Positions 12,366 through 27,204 of a DNA stretch of 64,000 bases are shown here, in pieces (the first letter of the stretch is position 1; each line of letters begins with the position of its first letter). A program made the position numbers and the translations under genes. Under the pieces are notes generated by a model. The model did no database searches. It saw only the letters and a list, made by a program, of their open reading frames with translations, and was not told the origin of the DNA. The DNA is from the human T2T-CHM13v2.0 reference genome, Homo sapiens. The DNA lies in NCBI RefSeq assembly GCF_009914755.1, contig NC_060932.1; one strand, given 5' to 3'.

Positions 12366-13096
12366 ATGTTTCTAGGAAAGATTGACATTTGAATTGGTAG
12401 ACTGAGTAAAGCAGAGGGCCCTCTGCAATGCAGGTTAACCTCATCCAATCTGTTGAGGACCTGAATAGAGCAAAAAGGCAGAGAAAGTTTGAATTAGCCC
12501 CCTCTACCCTACTGCTTGAGCTGAGACATTGGTCTTCTCCTCCCTTTAGATTAAAACTTAAACCATTAGTGCTTCTGGTTCTTTGGTCTTTGGATTTGGA
12601 TTGGAATGTATATCACCAGCTTTCCCGGGTCTCCACTGTCCAGATGGCAATTTAATCCAATTCCTTATAATAAATTTCATGTATGTATATACAGTTGCAC
12701 ATCCTTTAATGATAAGGATATGTTCTGACAAATGTGTTGTTAGGTGATTTTGTCATTGTGCAAACACCATAGAATGTACTTATGCAAACCTAGATGGTAT
12801 AGGCCCTACTACAAATCTAGGTTATATAGTTATAGCCTATTTCTCCCAGTCTAAAAACCTGTACAGCATGTTACTGTACTGAATATTGTAGGCAATTGTA
12901 ACATGGGATAAATGTTTTTATGTATCTAAATGTAGAAAAGGTACAGTAAAGATATAATATTATAACTTTATGGGACCAAGTTTGTATGTGTGGTTCATCA
13001 TTGACCAAAACATCATTATGCAGTATATGACTGTGTGTGTGTGTGTGTGTGTATCTCCTATGGGTTTTGTTTCTCTAGAGAAGCCTGACTAATACA
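12366..13096 (+). mobile_element. MLT2-family (ERVL) LTR, 5'-truncated, interrupted by Tigger3a
   Basis: gacatttgaattggtagactgagtaaagcaga...ctcatccaatctgttgagg and terminal gtttctctagagaagcctgactaataca. Confidence 0.8.
12692..13033 (+). mobile_element. Tigger3a/MER7A non-autonomous DNA transposon
   Basis: cagt...actg termini; body gttctgacaaatgtgttgttaggtgattt...aaacctagatggtatag...cctgtacagcatgttactgtactgaata; preceded by TA, followed by (TG)n. Confidence 0.88.
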
Positions 13097-15371
13097 ACTG
13101 GCAATAATTTCCCATTGTGTGCAGAGTTAAGACATGTGTCTATGGCCAGATTTTAAGTCACCCCATAATCTGGCACCTCCAATACTCCCTCCATCCTCTC
13201 CCTCCTAACTATCCAAACTTTTTGAACAACATGAATCATCTGTTTCATTTGAGTTGGTTGTTTTGGAAATGGAGTTCCTGCTTATTTTCACTCTGAAAGT
13301 CACTGCTTATGTTGCTTAATGAATTGAAAGAATACTGCCTAGCCTAAAATATAGCTCGAATTCTGCTCCTTCCAAGAAATCTTTTCTACATTTCCATTGA
13401 CTTTGAATTATTTTGTAACATGGCAGGCTGTGCTTGCAGACTCACTGTGGCACAGGCAACCTGTTGGTGCTTTGTTATTTAACCCCTGACTCCCTTGTTA
13501 TTTGCATGCAAGCAAGTCTCATCTCCTTATTGAACAATAAGCTTCTCATCAACTTTGGGCCATTTCTTGTCTACCTTTTATAATATCTCACAAAATTCTT
13601 AATATATGTGGTACCTAATAAATACTTGTTAAATGGAGAGTAAAAAAAAAATCTAAGACCTTTTTTAGCACTTGACTCGTACTCTCTCAGGTCATAACTT
13701 CTTTTATTTTCAATTTCAGTTCAAGATTATGCCTTTAAATCATTTTGTCATCCTTTTACATATTTTTCTAAATGCATTTAAAAATAAAATGCTTTCTAAT
13801 GTTACATGAAAGCATTAAATGGGAATAGCAAATAAATAATATAAATATGATGTGGTTTTAAAAGGCTCTTATAGACAGGGCTAGTATCACTTACAATATT
13901 TTTAGGTGGAGAAATGCATGCTAAAGCACAGATTAAATAAGGGAATTGGTCTGTTCTGGGAACAACCAAAAATTGAGACAGATTTTTTTTTCCATGTGGC
14001 ATTGGGCCCATGTATCTGGAAATTCAGAGCTCCAGAGATGCCTCTCCTTCCCCGTGGTGACAACTTGCCCCATTATAGTACCAATCAGTCATTTGTTGTA
14101 CAGATAGTTGATAAGCAAGAGAGACTTGGAGATGTGGACAATAATGGCCATTTTGGTTTAAAAATAGGGAATTCGTGTGTTGAATTATGTTCATCTTCAT
14201 TCCAATCTGACCCAATTTTCATTTCTATTATTCTGGTCATCAGTTTCTTCTATTTCTAAAATCTTTCTTTTCTTTTGAAGAAACTGGATTCATTGTAGAG
14301 AATTCTATTCCTGGATACCATGTATTTATAATTCCTTGAATTTATCAAACAATATTATGACACAGGTATATATACATATGACTATCTGTCTCACCTGGAA
14401 ATAAGTCCTGGGAAGTTTTCTTCCCATACCACCATCTTTCAAGTCAGGAATCCCACCCTCTAAAGAGGCTTGAGTAAGCTCTGGGTAGGCAAAGTCATAG
14501 GTCTCAAGAAATCTCAGAGGTTGGGCAGGGCCTCGCTTCTGCCAGATAATCTTTAGCTGTCAATTGACAAACAACTGTCAATGGATGATCCTCACCAGAC
14601 TACAATGAGGAAACTGATCTTGGGGCACATCAGTCCAGGCCACATACAGCGCTCACCCAGTGACAACAGGTGGTCAGTTTCTAGCTTGGATCCACTTAGC
14701 TCCTGATAAAATTGATGGCCTGAGCCAGGCCATGTTTGATGCTGTCTTTTAGAGCCAAAACTTGCCCATTTTCTACTTTTGAGAAGATTAGGGAAAGGCA
14801 TTCTTCCTCAAGACAGTTTCCTTTCATCCCTCACAAACCTGACATAATATCCTGATTTTCTAAGAACAATATGGTTTCCCACTATCACCAAAAAAAAAAT
14901 TCATATAAAATACACAAATCTGTGATGTTTATCATGTGAATGTATTCTCTTATATGTGTACCCTTGTGCAGTATACAACTGCACATCTGTATCTGAAATG
15001 CCCTGTTGACCCTGATTACCCAACTCATCATCTCATGCCTCATCCATCAACCTTCTCCAAAGTCTTGAAATATCCAACACTTTTGTCTTTGGTGAGCATC
15101 TTTGTCTTGTTCTTAATATAGACATAAATTCTTCTTGTCTTTCTTCATCAAGCCTGAGGCTGGCTTTTGGTTTGAAATATCTATATTACCTATATTTTTC
15201 AAGAATTTTAAATATCTATCCAGCCCTGTTTGTAAACCAATTTTCTTTCAAAAATCAGAAATAGGATTTTATAAAAGTTTTTTGTAGTCAGTTAAAGAAT
15301 ACAAATCCACTTAACTCTTTTTTTAATTTTTATTTTCATGCTCCTGTAAGGTAACAGGGCCATATGTCTCT

Positions 15372-15620
15372 TTCTGAGGGCAATTTGGAAATATCTACTG
15401 ATATTTTAAGTATATATTGTTTAACCCAGAAATTCTAGCTCTAGGTATTTAGCCTATAGATATGCAGGTGTATAAAGATGTACATACAAGGATATTTAAT
15501 ACAAGAGGGAACACTTAAAATGACCTAAATATCTTTTAATAGAGGATTGATTAAATAAGTTGTGGTACATACTTACAAGAAAATAGTAAGCAGATTCTAA
15601 GAAAAAAAAGTAATGGAAAT
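15372..15620 (+). mobile_element. Old L1M/L1ME 3' fragment
   Basis: gagggcaatttgg...ttaacccagaaattctagctctaggtattta...gattaaataagttgtggtacat. Confidence 0.65.
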
Positions 15621-15644
15621 ATTTGTAAATAAAAGATTTTTGAG

Positions 15645-16160
15645 ATTCATTCGTGTACTTATTCATTCATTTCTTGTTTCAACAAATATTTATTGAGTGC
15701 CTACTGCATGATAGCCACTGTTCTAGGAATGGCAATTCCACAGTAAAAGAGATAAACATGATCCCTGCCTTGTGGAGCCTATATAGTAGGAGGAGACAGA
15801 AAAAAAAACAAAACAACAATTAAAAAAATACAAAGTAAAGTAATAAGTACTACAAGGAAAACTACTTCAGAGCAAAAGAATACAGCATGATAGAGGCAGT
15901 ACTGTTTTAGGCAGAGGTATCTGTCTAAACGATAATATTTGATAAGACCTGAATTAAACGAGGAAGTTGGCCATGCAACTGCCATGCAGGAACAAAGGGC
16001 AGGAGAGAAAATGGAAAGTGCAAAGTAGGGAAGGTTCTTGTCTATGTTTGAAAAATGCTAGAAGGGAAGTATGGTTGGAGTGTATATGAAAGGGAAGAGG
16101 AAGAGGGTGAAGTTGGGGAGACAGTTAGAAGGGACTTAAGTACCTTAAAGAGCTTGATAT
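15645..16160 (-). mobile_element. L2 3' end
   Basis: attcattcatt...caacaaatatttattgagtgcctact...atccctgccttgtggagc, the typical antisense L2 terminus. Confidence 0.75.
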
Positions 16161-16399
16161 CTTTTTTTAACAAAAAAAAATTAGAAGTATCATAACAAAA
16201 AATTACAACATAAAAGAACATAAAGTTTGTCAAGCTTCTTGTAAAAGTTAATTATTTTCATTAAGTTTATATCAATTTAAACATCCACCAGCCATGTGTA
16301 AGTATAACCCATGTCATGTATCTTCACCAACATTGAAGATTATAAGTTTTGAAATAGCTGACAATTTTACATATGCTATCATTTTGTTGATTTAATTAG

Positions 16400-16706
<307 letters not shown>

Positions 16707-16878
16707 GATTTAATTAGCTTTTAACAAATAAAAATTACTTAACGTTTTTGTGATAGTGAATGCTTCCTTTTACATATGTTCCAGATTCCAAACCATAATG
16801 TGACCATATTCCCGTCTATACTTTCCATGTCATTGCAGGCTCTTCTGAATTGTCATGCAGCAAATTGATGAACTGATT

Positions 16879-17078
16879 CAGTCGAGTGCTGGAACCAACT
16901 CACACTGGTTCTAAAGATCTAGTTGACAATTTTCAGTGGTTTTTCAAGCCAGTTGTTAAACCATTGGTATCATGAGATTGACCATGGTGGGAATATTTAT
17001 TCATACCATGTGAATTGATAAATGCTATAAATCAGAGCTTTTTTAAGAAAATAGACCCAGCTTACCAGCACATCACTG
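16879..17078 (+). mobile_element. MER63A-like hAT MITE
   Basis: Imperfect TIRs cagtcgagtgctgg / ccagcacatcactg; internal gccagttgttaaaccattggta...ccatggtgggaatattta. Confidence 0.75.
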
Positions 17079-17572
17079 ATTTAAGCAATCTTTTATTTTA
17101 AGTTACAAAATAATTAAGACAAAATTATTGCCTCTGAGGAATATTTGAGGCATTCAACCTCTACAGAGAGCTCATTTCTTTCATCTAATCAGCTGATAAA
17201 TATCCAACTTTTAATTAGCCACAGTGGAAGTGGAACTTTCAGCAGGGAAAGCATAGGCACTGAAAGATCTTGGTTTGATATGCAGTTCTTTTGAGGAATT
17301 CATTCCCTTTATCTTTCTGTCTCTACCATTGCCATTTGGGGAATATGTTGCCTCTTTGGATTTTAACTCTTAGTCTCTTTTAGAATGAGGTTGGAACTCA
17401 ATTAATATTAAAGTAAAAATAGACAGGTTGCAGAGCTTGCCTCTAATCTAGGCCTCGCTGGGTCACAAGAGTTGGAGCGCAAACAGGAGTTGGCAACCAC
17501 GGTGTATATCATCCTCTTGGTATATTTTCAGTGAAATGGCTGGCTAAAGATTCAGAGGCTTGGGAACTTGGC

Positions 17573-18042
17573 TGTAGGAAGTGGAATCGTATCCTCCCCA
17601 AAATATATGTTTAACTTCTTCTAACCCCTGGTACCTGTGAATGTGACCTTATTTGTAAATAGGGTCTTCGCAGATGTAACCAACTTTAGATGAGGGCATA
17701 CTGGGTATGGTGATTCCTAAATCTAACGACTGGTTTCGTTATAAGAGAAAGGGGAAGGGTGTTTAGATAGACACAGAGGAGAGACAGGGAGAACACCATG
17801 CAATGGCAGAGGCAGAGATTGGGGTGATGCAGCTGCAAGGCAAGGAGTGTCAAGAATTGCTGCCAAGTATCAGAAAATAGGAAGAGGCAAGGAAGGATTC
17901 TCTCTTACAGGTTTCAGAGGGAGCATAGCCCTGCTAACACTTTGATTTTTAATATAGGGCTTCCAGAATGATGAAAGAGTGTCTATTGTTTTAAGTCACC
18001 AAGTGTGTGGTTCTTTGTTACAGCAGATGAAAAAACTAATAC
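17573..18042 (+). mobile_element. MLT1C MaLR solo LTR
   Basis: acctgtgaatgtgaccttatttg...gcagagattggggtgatgcagctgcaaggcaagga...aaactaatac; ~470 bp. Confidence 0.85.
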
Positions 18043-18751
18043 TCTGTCCTTTCTTCATGATTAAACTAATAAATTTCCAAATCTAAAACCATGGTTCACT
18101 TTATAGGACAGAGTATTATCTTCTAAGGGCCTGCCTATGTAATATTGTATTTTTAGGAATAAAATTATTTGGGAAACTTTCTACTTTATAAGTAATTAAT
18201 AGTGTAAATATGCATACATCTGTCAGGAAAACACCTTATACATTTCACATTAATTGTCATTTTTAAAACAAAAAAAATGAGACAGAACAAAGAAATATGA
18301 AAAAATCAAGCCTTTTACTGATTTCCTGAAAAAAAACAAACAAAGAGTGTGATCAGGGTTTAGTAATCAAAATAGTGGAAGGACACTGAAAAACATTTCT
18401 GTAAAATCCAAAGGAACACAGAATAAGCAATCAACAGCATGAGTTTATAACAACTAACTCATGCCAGAGAAACCTGATTGATTTCCTTTCAGTTTCATTA
18501 CAAAATTAGAGCACAAGGAGAATCCTGTAGTGGACACTGTATATTTGAGCATTAGAAAAATACTTAATTGGATCTCATGAAATCCTACTTTAAAGTTGAA
18601 GTAAAATTGGCCTGCATACACATTCACAGAAATGGAAAACGGGTGAGCTGAATATAAACAAGAAATAATGACAAACAGCAACAGATTGGGTGTGTGAAAG
18701 AGGTATCCAGTGAGTCAAAAGAAACAGGCTTAGATTGAGTTCCATTTAACA

Positions 18752-18819
18752 TCGACTCTCACAATCTGAAAGAATGGCTTGCATTCGACTCTCACAATCT
18801 GAAAGAATGGCTTGCATTC
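18752..18819. repeat. Perfect 33-bp tandem duplication
   Basis: tcgactctcacaatctgaaagaatggcttgcat at 18752-18784 and 18785-18817. Confidence 0.97.
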
Positions 18820-19263
18820 CATGTGGTCATTAAAGTAGTACAAGATACTGATTATTGGAGTCCTTGAACCCCATGAAAACTAGCAATCCAGTGCATTCAC
18901 CAAAGTACAAAAATTAGGCAAGATAAACATGACTTTTGTCATGAAAAGAATGAAAGATGAAGTACTGGGAAGTAGAAATGGTGACTGAAGGGTTATAGCA
19001 TCTGGAGGATAACCACACAATAATGAATAAAACATACCACAATAGTGTTAAAACCTAAACGAAAGGCTTCATATTGAATTAGAGACTGGAGTGGGCTGTG
19101 TTGTTAGAAAAGCTCACTAGGGTCTAAGACTTTATAAATAAATGAAGTAGACTAAAAAATAAAGAAGTAGTATTGCCTAGTGATTTGCCTCATGAAATTA
19201 AAAATTAGTGAGAACTTTTATCATCTCCCTGGTAGAGATTCTTCAGCAGATTACAAAAGTATG

Positions 19264-19609
19264 TGATATGGTTAGGCTTTTTGTCCTGATCCAAATCTCA
19301 TATTGAACTGTAATCCCCACATGTCCCGGGAGGGAAGTGATTGGATCGTGGGAGTGGTTTCCCCCATGCAGTTCCCATGGTAGTGAGTGAATTCTCACGA
19401 GAGCTGATTGTTTTATAAATCATAGTTTTTCCTGCGCTCACAAACGCTGTCTCTCACCTACCTCCATGTAAGACATGCCTCTCCTGTCATGATTGTAAGT
19501 TGCCTGAGGCCTCCCCACCCATGTGGAAATGAGTCAATTAAACTTATTTTCTTTATAAATTCCCAGTCTCAGGTATGTCTTTATAGTTGTGTGAAAATGA
19601 ACTAATACA
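19264..19609 (+). mobile_element. THE1 (THE1D/C-like) MaLR solo LTR
   Basis: tgatatggttaggc...ccaaatctcatattgaactgtaatcccc...tgaggcctcccc...gaactaataca. Confidence 0.9.
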
Positions 19610-19709
19610 GTAAATCTTTCCAGCACATGTCTTAAAGTAATAGATCTCCCTCCTTACATATAAGGGCACTATTTTCAATCGTAGAGATTGTGTGGATTGA
19701 TTAAAACAC

Positions 19710-20155
19710 AAGTATTTATTCATTCAGCAAATATTTACCGAGCACTTACAATGTGATAGACATTTATCTAGGTGTAGGCCATTTATTAGAGAATAAAAGT
19801 AAGGTCCTCCTTTCATAAAGCTTACATTCTAGTGAAAATACAGAAAATAGAAAACCACAATGCAGAGCAATCAAGGAGAGTGGAAAGGAACAGAGAATAT
19901 GAGCTACTTTGAACAGAATAGTCAGGGACGGCAACTCTAATAAGGGCACTTTTAAAGTAGAAAATGAAATTGAGGGAGCAAAACATACAGATATCTATGG
20001 TAAGAATTTTTCAGGTAGATGAAATGATCATTGGAAAGGCCATGAGGCAGGAGCAAACTTGGTGTGTTGAGAATGCAGCAAGAAGGCCAGCATGGAAGCA
20101 GGACTGGTGATGTAGCATGGAAGGAAGCAGAGACTAGATCTTATCGGGTTTTCCT
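19710..20155 (-). mobile_element. L2 3' portion
   Basis: tttattcattcagcaaatatttaccgagcacttac...aaaggccatgaggcaggagcaaacttggtgtgttgag. Confidence 0.75.
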
Positions 20156-21161
20156 AGAGCTGCAGTGGTTGTTGAAAGAACACCACTCAGATCTCCTGCT
20201 GCCTACAGCATGGGTGATGCATCCAGTTGTTGCCCCACTAGATTCACCAGCAAAGTTGTGCCAAAACCGCACTTCCCCCAGGCTGCTCTAAGGCTATGTC
20301 TGAGTATAGCGGGGACACTCATGCCCTATTCAGGATTTTTCCAAAAGGTGCCTTTGACTTGGAGATTTGTGAACCTGCCACTACACTGTCCATAGCTGCA
20401 CTCTATCGGTGACCACCATCACCACTGCTGTCATCCAGGCCTCCAGGGAGAGGACAGCACTCACCTCTTGTCCACTTCTTTCCAAATGTAGTTTGGGTTG
20501 CTACCCTGCAATCATCAAAACCTCTCATAAAATAAAGTGGAAAGTTGAATCATATATGCCTTTAACTTACATGAATCATGAATCAAGTACAATTACTCAG
20601 TGAAAAGAAAAGAAAAGAAAAGAAAAGAGGGGAGGTAGGGAGGAGAAAGAGAAATAATTTAAATAGTGAAATGTGGGACACTCTGCCCACAATTTCTTTC
20701 AGTGTGACTATTCACCAGAGGTTGGTCTCAGGTCATCATGCCACTTACAGCGAGAGCACTTTGCAGCTTAGAGTATGATTTAAAGATATATATTTTTGCT
20801 ATGTGTCATGAAAAGGGGTCATGGATACAGAGCAGTAGTGCCACATGGTGCAAACATAGTATAGAATTTATTGGAGAAAAATTTAAAAATATAGAGGGAG
20901 AGAAGCAAAAGAACGTATGCCTTGCACTGTCATTATTCTGCAGCATAGGGCAGGCATAGGTCGTCATCACACAATGGCCAAGATTCCAAGAGAGCGGGGT
21001 TGGCCCAGATCAGCAGGCTAGACACATGGCAGCAGGTACCCCAAGAGAGAACAAGTCCAGCTTCCACATCAGAGTACATAGTTATAGTATAGTATAGTAT
21101 AGTACTTACTGGTCCTGTAACTAGTTAGAACTAGATATTTGAATATTTAGTTTATCTGAGT

Positions 21162-22112
21162 ACATATATATTATATATATTCCATATATATTATATATAT
21201 ATTCCATATATATTATATATTATATATATATTATATATATATATTCCATATATATATATTATATATATTCCATATATATAATATATATACTCCATATATA
21301 TATTATATATATTCCATATATATATTATATATATGGAGTATATATATTATATATATATAATATATATAATATATATACTCCATATATATATTATATATAT
21401 TCCATATATATATTATATATATGGAGTATATATATTATATATATATAATATATATAATATATATATTATATATATATAATATATATATATTATATATATA
21501 CTCCATATATATATTATATATATATACTCCATATATATATATTATATATATATACTCCATATATATATATTATATATATACTCCATATATATATATTATA
21601 TATATATACTCCATATATATATATTATATATATATACTCCATATATATATTATATATATATACTCCATATATATATATTATATATATACTCCATATATAT
21701 TATATATATATACTCCATATATATATTATATATATACTCCATATATACATTATATATATATACTCCATATATACATTATATATATACTCCATATATACAT
21801 TATATATATATACTCCATATATACATTATATATATATACTCCATATATATACATTATATATATATACTCCATATATATACATTATATATATATACTCCAT
21901 ATATATACATTATATATATATACTCCATATATATACATTATATATATACTCCATATATATATATTATATATATATACTCCATATATATATATTATATATA
22001 TATACTCCATATATATATTATATATATATACTCCATATATATATTATATATATATACTCCATATATATATTATATATATATACTCCATATATATATATAT
22101 TATATATATTCC
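21162..22112. repeat. AT-rich minisatellite/VNTR, ~20-26-bp unit (tatatata ctcc atatatatat), with inverted units
   Basis: About 950 bp of near-pure A/T punctuated by ttcc/ctcc; reverse-complement units (ggag) at 21335 and 21423; 'cat' variant units at ~21746-21940. Confidence 0.97.
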
Positions 22113-22669
22113 AAGGGATCTCTGGGTCCAGGAACAATACTAGTGGTTATGCATACTTAAAACCAAGGTCTTAAAACACAGGTGCCCTAGAAAGAGCCTT
22201 GCCAGCCTGGAATGCTGACACTAGGCAAGGGTCTTGCTATCTTTTAGCAAACTAGGTCAATCCAGCTGAGCCAGCTTTCTGCTAAGCTGCCAAAAAGAGG
22301 AATAAAATTCACCTCTAGAGCAGTTCAAATTTGTTTTTCATCAGTGTAAATGATCCCTGAACATAAGTCAACTACTACATCTGATAAACAAAGAAACAGC
22401 TATTTAATGGGCTGTCATTTCTATCCACGCATTTCTTTGTCTTTCCCTGCATCAAAACCACACTGTCTTAGCTACTTTAATACTATTTACAAAAATACTA
22501 CAACTACTATAATAAGTCTTGATATATAGTAGCAAAGTGAAGCTGGGAAATAAATCAGCTTTTTCTAAATTGCTTGGCAAATAAGCTGTAATATTTGTAA
22601 CAGCTAACGTTTTAGTCTCTACTCTGTCAAGCTCTGTCATTTTAAAACATTGATTTAACTATAGGAGTT

Positions 22670-22795
22670 GTTATTTTTCTCATTTCACCAATAAGGGAAT
22701 TGAAAATAAAGTTATTAAATGATCTGTCCAAGACCCAAGAGGCAGAGGCAGGATTTGAATCCAGGAATGTCTGAACCCAAATCCTAGGCTCTTTT
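22670..22795 (-). mobile_element. MIR fragment
   Basis: ggcagaggcaggatttgaatccagg...tctgaacccaaa, antisense MIR core. Confidence 0.65.
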
Positions 22796-23409
22796 CATAA
22801 AACCCAATAACTAGACTTTAACCATTTCATTTTAATGCCTTCCTCCCTACTAGCCACCATAACCTTCATGTTCCACTAGTGATGAAAAAAGTTTTGGAGC
22901 AAGGAGGCATTCTTAAGCAAAGTCATTTGTTATTAATTACCCCAAAGAAGAATCTCTATAGCTATTTTATGTGTTGTAACCTTTGCAAATGTATTTACTA
23001 GGTATGTACTGTGTGTTATGTGTAAATATCTTACAGAAATAAGCTCATTTAATTCAACACTGCTAATAAACCTATGATGTAGAAATCTTTGGCTCTATTT
23101 TACAGACTCTTGCCTCAGGTGGCATAGCCTCCAAGTAGGGAGTGAATGTTTACCTAAGCAATCTAGATTAGTGTCAGTGTTCTTCACCACCAGACTGTGC
23201 AGTCTCTCATGAGAAGCCCAACAGAGATTTTTCTTTTGGACCTCCCTTGCTGAAAAAAATTACAGATGAATCCTAATGGAAGACAAAAGACTAAGGAGTC
23301 ACTAGCAAATCATTTTCTCAAAGAAGCATTCCTTGACACTCACCTTCCCTGTCAAGGCCACGTTAGGGCACCGAACTCTGTGTTCCTTCCCTTCCTTTCC
23401 CTCCCACAG

Positions 23410-23680
23410 GTAGTGTAACAGAGAGGCTAAAGCACAGCTTCTGAAGCCATACAAAGTTGGCTTTGAATGTCCACTCTTCTACTTACCAGCTGAGTAAGCT
23501 TAGGGACATACTCAGACTGTTTGGGCCTCAGTTTCCTCATCGGTACAATGGGACAACAATCATAATTGTAATAGACATGGTAATAGAAATAGTAAACTTC
23601 ACAAAACACTCTAGGTTTTTGTAACATTTAAGATAGAAAATAATTTAACATAGTAATTAGCACTCAGTAAATCTTGGCAT
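23410..23680 (+). mobile_element. MIR
   Basis: gggcctcagtttcctcatcggtacaatggg core. Confidence 0.75.
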
Positions 23681-23857
23681 CTTCTATTGTTGCTATCAAA
23701 TAACCTTGTAATTACCTATTTACTCTCTATATTCAATGTACAGTAAGCTTCTTTGTAACCCCAGTGTGGGACACACGGTAAGTACTCAGAAAACATTCAT
23801 TAAAGGAATGATGTCCTCATTTCTCTTTCTGAAAAATTCTCATACACTCTTCTTTCA

Positions 23858-24165
<308 letters not shown>

Positions 24166-24906
24166 TTACAATGCCATTCTCAATTATTCCAGTGGAAGCA
24201 TTAACACAAAGATATCCCCAGTATGCATTGTGCCATTACTGATCACATAGCATGCTCTGTGTCTGCACATATGTGAACTCCAGGCTTGCTTTCTCCACAA
24301 TTTCCCTCTAACTGCTGATGTTTCCTGTACAATGTGCCTGTTGAATACAGCCTGAAAATGGAGAGTGAATGGAGATAATTTGGTATATTATTTTGTGGAA
24401 TATAAAAGATAATTCCTGCATTCCATTCCAGATGTCTACACAAAGTAAAGTTCTTTATTTTTTTTTCATGATATGCTTGTAAATAAATGTAATTTTAGGG
24501 AGAAAATGGCATTTTTCTCTGCATATATATTTAAATGTTTTCAGAGTTGTTTTTCAAAGAGAAGTGATATTGCCCCAGGGAAAATTGTGTGAGCTACTAG
24601 GTCTAGAGCTTTTTTATAACAAGTTGAGAACAGCTAAAGTCACTATATTAATATTACTTTTAAACCAAGCCTCTCTAAAATGGAACAAGAAGATCTAAAA
24701 GAGTCTCCTCTCTTTCATGCACTTGCCATTTTCCGTTTCTCTCGGTTGACTCAATGTCCTTTTCTAGGTTCAGTTACTGGCCTGTCTTTGCCGTCTGGTG
24801 ACCTCTAAAATGTGAAATGAGCTATCCTCCTAAACATTACCAGGGTGCCAATGGGCTTGTTTTCAACGTGAGGACCTCAAACAAGCACTGGAGAAGGAGT
24901 TCTTGA

Positions 24907-25219
<313 letters not shown>

Positions 25220-26621
25220 TGAGCATAGATTATTAATTTATCAATGCCTTTACCTGATGAAGAGTATAGACATTATCCTATCCCTGTATCATTTTATATT
25301 TAATATCTTGGGTGTGTGTGGAACCTTTAATTTGCAGGTCTTTGGAGAGAGTACCGAGCAAGCTTTTAGTCTCCATTACAATTGGCTCACTATTCTTACT
25401 GATTCTATCTGTATCCTTAGCTTTATGGAAAAAAAAAAAAACTTTTTAATGAAACCCTTCCATTAATCATCAGAGTATTCCTTTTTAACAATTTCAGCTG
25501 CTCGTGTTTACAAGGGCTTCTCTAAAATTGTATTGTTTCTGCCATGCTGTCTTTCTTTACAAAGTTAATATAAACCTTTGGCTTGATGTGATCTAATTTA
25601 ATTATTTTAAACTTTGGACCTCTTGTATGGCAAATGGACAATTACTGGGTTGTTTGATGTGCCTTTTGATAGGTAACTTGGCCAGAAGACTCTCATCTCT
25701 GTTGGGATAAGTTCCAAAAGAAAATTTTATGTTTACAAGACACTAAAATTCAAAGACAGAAATACTTGTGGCAATAATAAACTGGGGTATATGTAGTTTT
25801 GAAAATTAGTTTGCAGAAAGGCTTTATAAAAGATATTAAACATTTAGCAGATGAATTTAGAGAGCAACCTAAGAGGCACAAAGAAGTCTGACAAAAACAA
25901 ACTTGGTGTGCTCTTTGGGAGAAATCCCTAGGTGTCCCCCTTGCTTACGTAACTTACAATGATAGTTCTTTCTACTCTATAATGCTCCTAGTAATTGAAG
26001 ATGAAGCTGAGACCTCAAGCCACCCCCAGAAAATCTACCAGTATCCTAAGATTTTATTTATCATTCTAAATTTAAAAGTCAATATGAAATTCAGTCAACC
26101 TCAGGCAGCGGACCATCCAAAGATGCTCTAGCAAAAACCAAGACAAGAGGGCCAACAATTCTTGAAAGAGTCGGAATGAAAACATAGCTGAAGTGACAGC
26201 AATCTGCTTAAGCAACTAGAAATCTGATAAAAAGTGATTAGCTAAAAGATTCCTTGACATCAGTGATTTGAAATCACCTGAGGACATCTATTCATGTAAT
26301 TTCTTCTTTTTCAGACCACACAATGTCTCTTACATGGTTCCTTATTGCATCTCATCTCAAATTCAGACCTCTTATCTTCCTCTTCAAACTCATGTCATGC
26401 ACGGTAACTATCTTTCAGTTCCTTGAAAGTGTTTTCCTTCTATATGACTTATATTCTTTTCTCTGCATAGAACATGCTCCTACTCATCCTCAAGCACACA
26501 CTTGCACCCTTCAGCCGTGCTCTACCTCATCATAGAGCTGATCATTATTGTGATTTGGTTTTTAGCTTAAATGCCACCCCTTTAGGATTTCCCTAGCTAC
26601 CCTATAAAGCAGCCTCACTGA

Positions 26622-26920
<299 letters not shown>

Positions 26921-27204
26921 TAAAGAATTTATCACTATTTTTAATTACGTATGTGTTTGCTTACTAATTACTTTTTTATTGTCTGCCCCTTCCCTAAAGA
27001 CTATCTGTGTTTTCTATTTTTTCTCCAAATCAACTACAGTACATGACATATAATAGGCACTCATAAATAAATGTTGAAAGTATGACTGAGTGAACAAATG
27101 GAAAATAGGAATAAAAAAATAAACAGAGGGTGACATAACAACATCTCTGGGAGGAACTGTCTCCTAAACATTTCAAGACCTTATATTCAATGTCATTGTC
27201 TCAC

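Noticed and set aside
21421-22143. 240-aa Tyr/Ile-rich ORF
   Set aside because: Translation of the TA minisatellite; stop-free by composition, no gene context.
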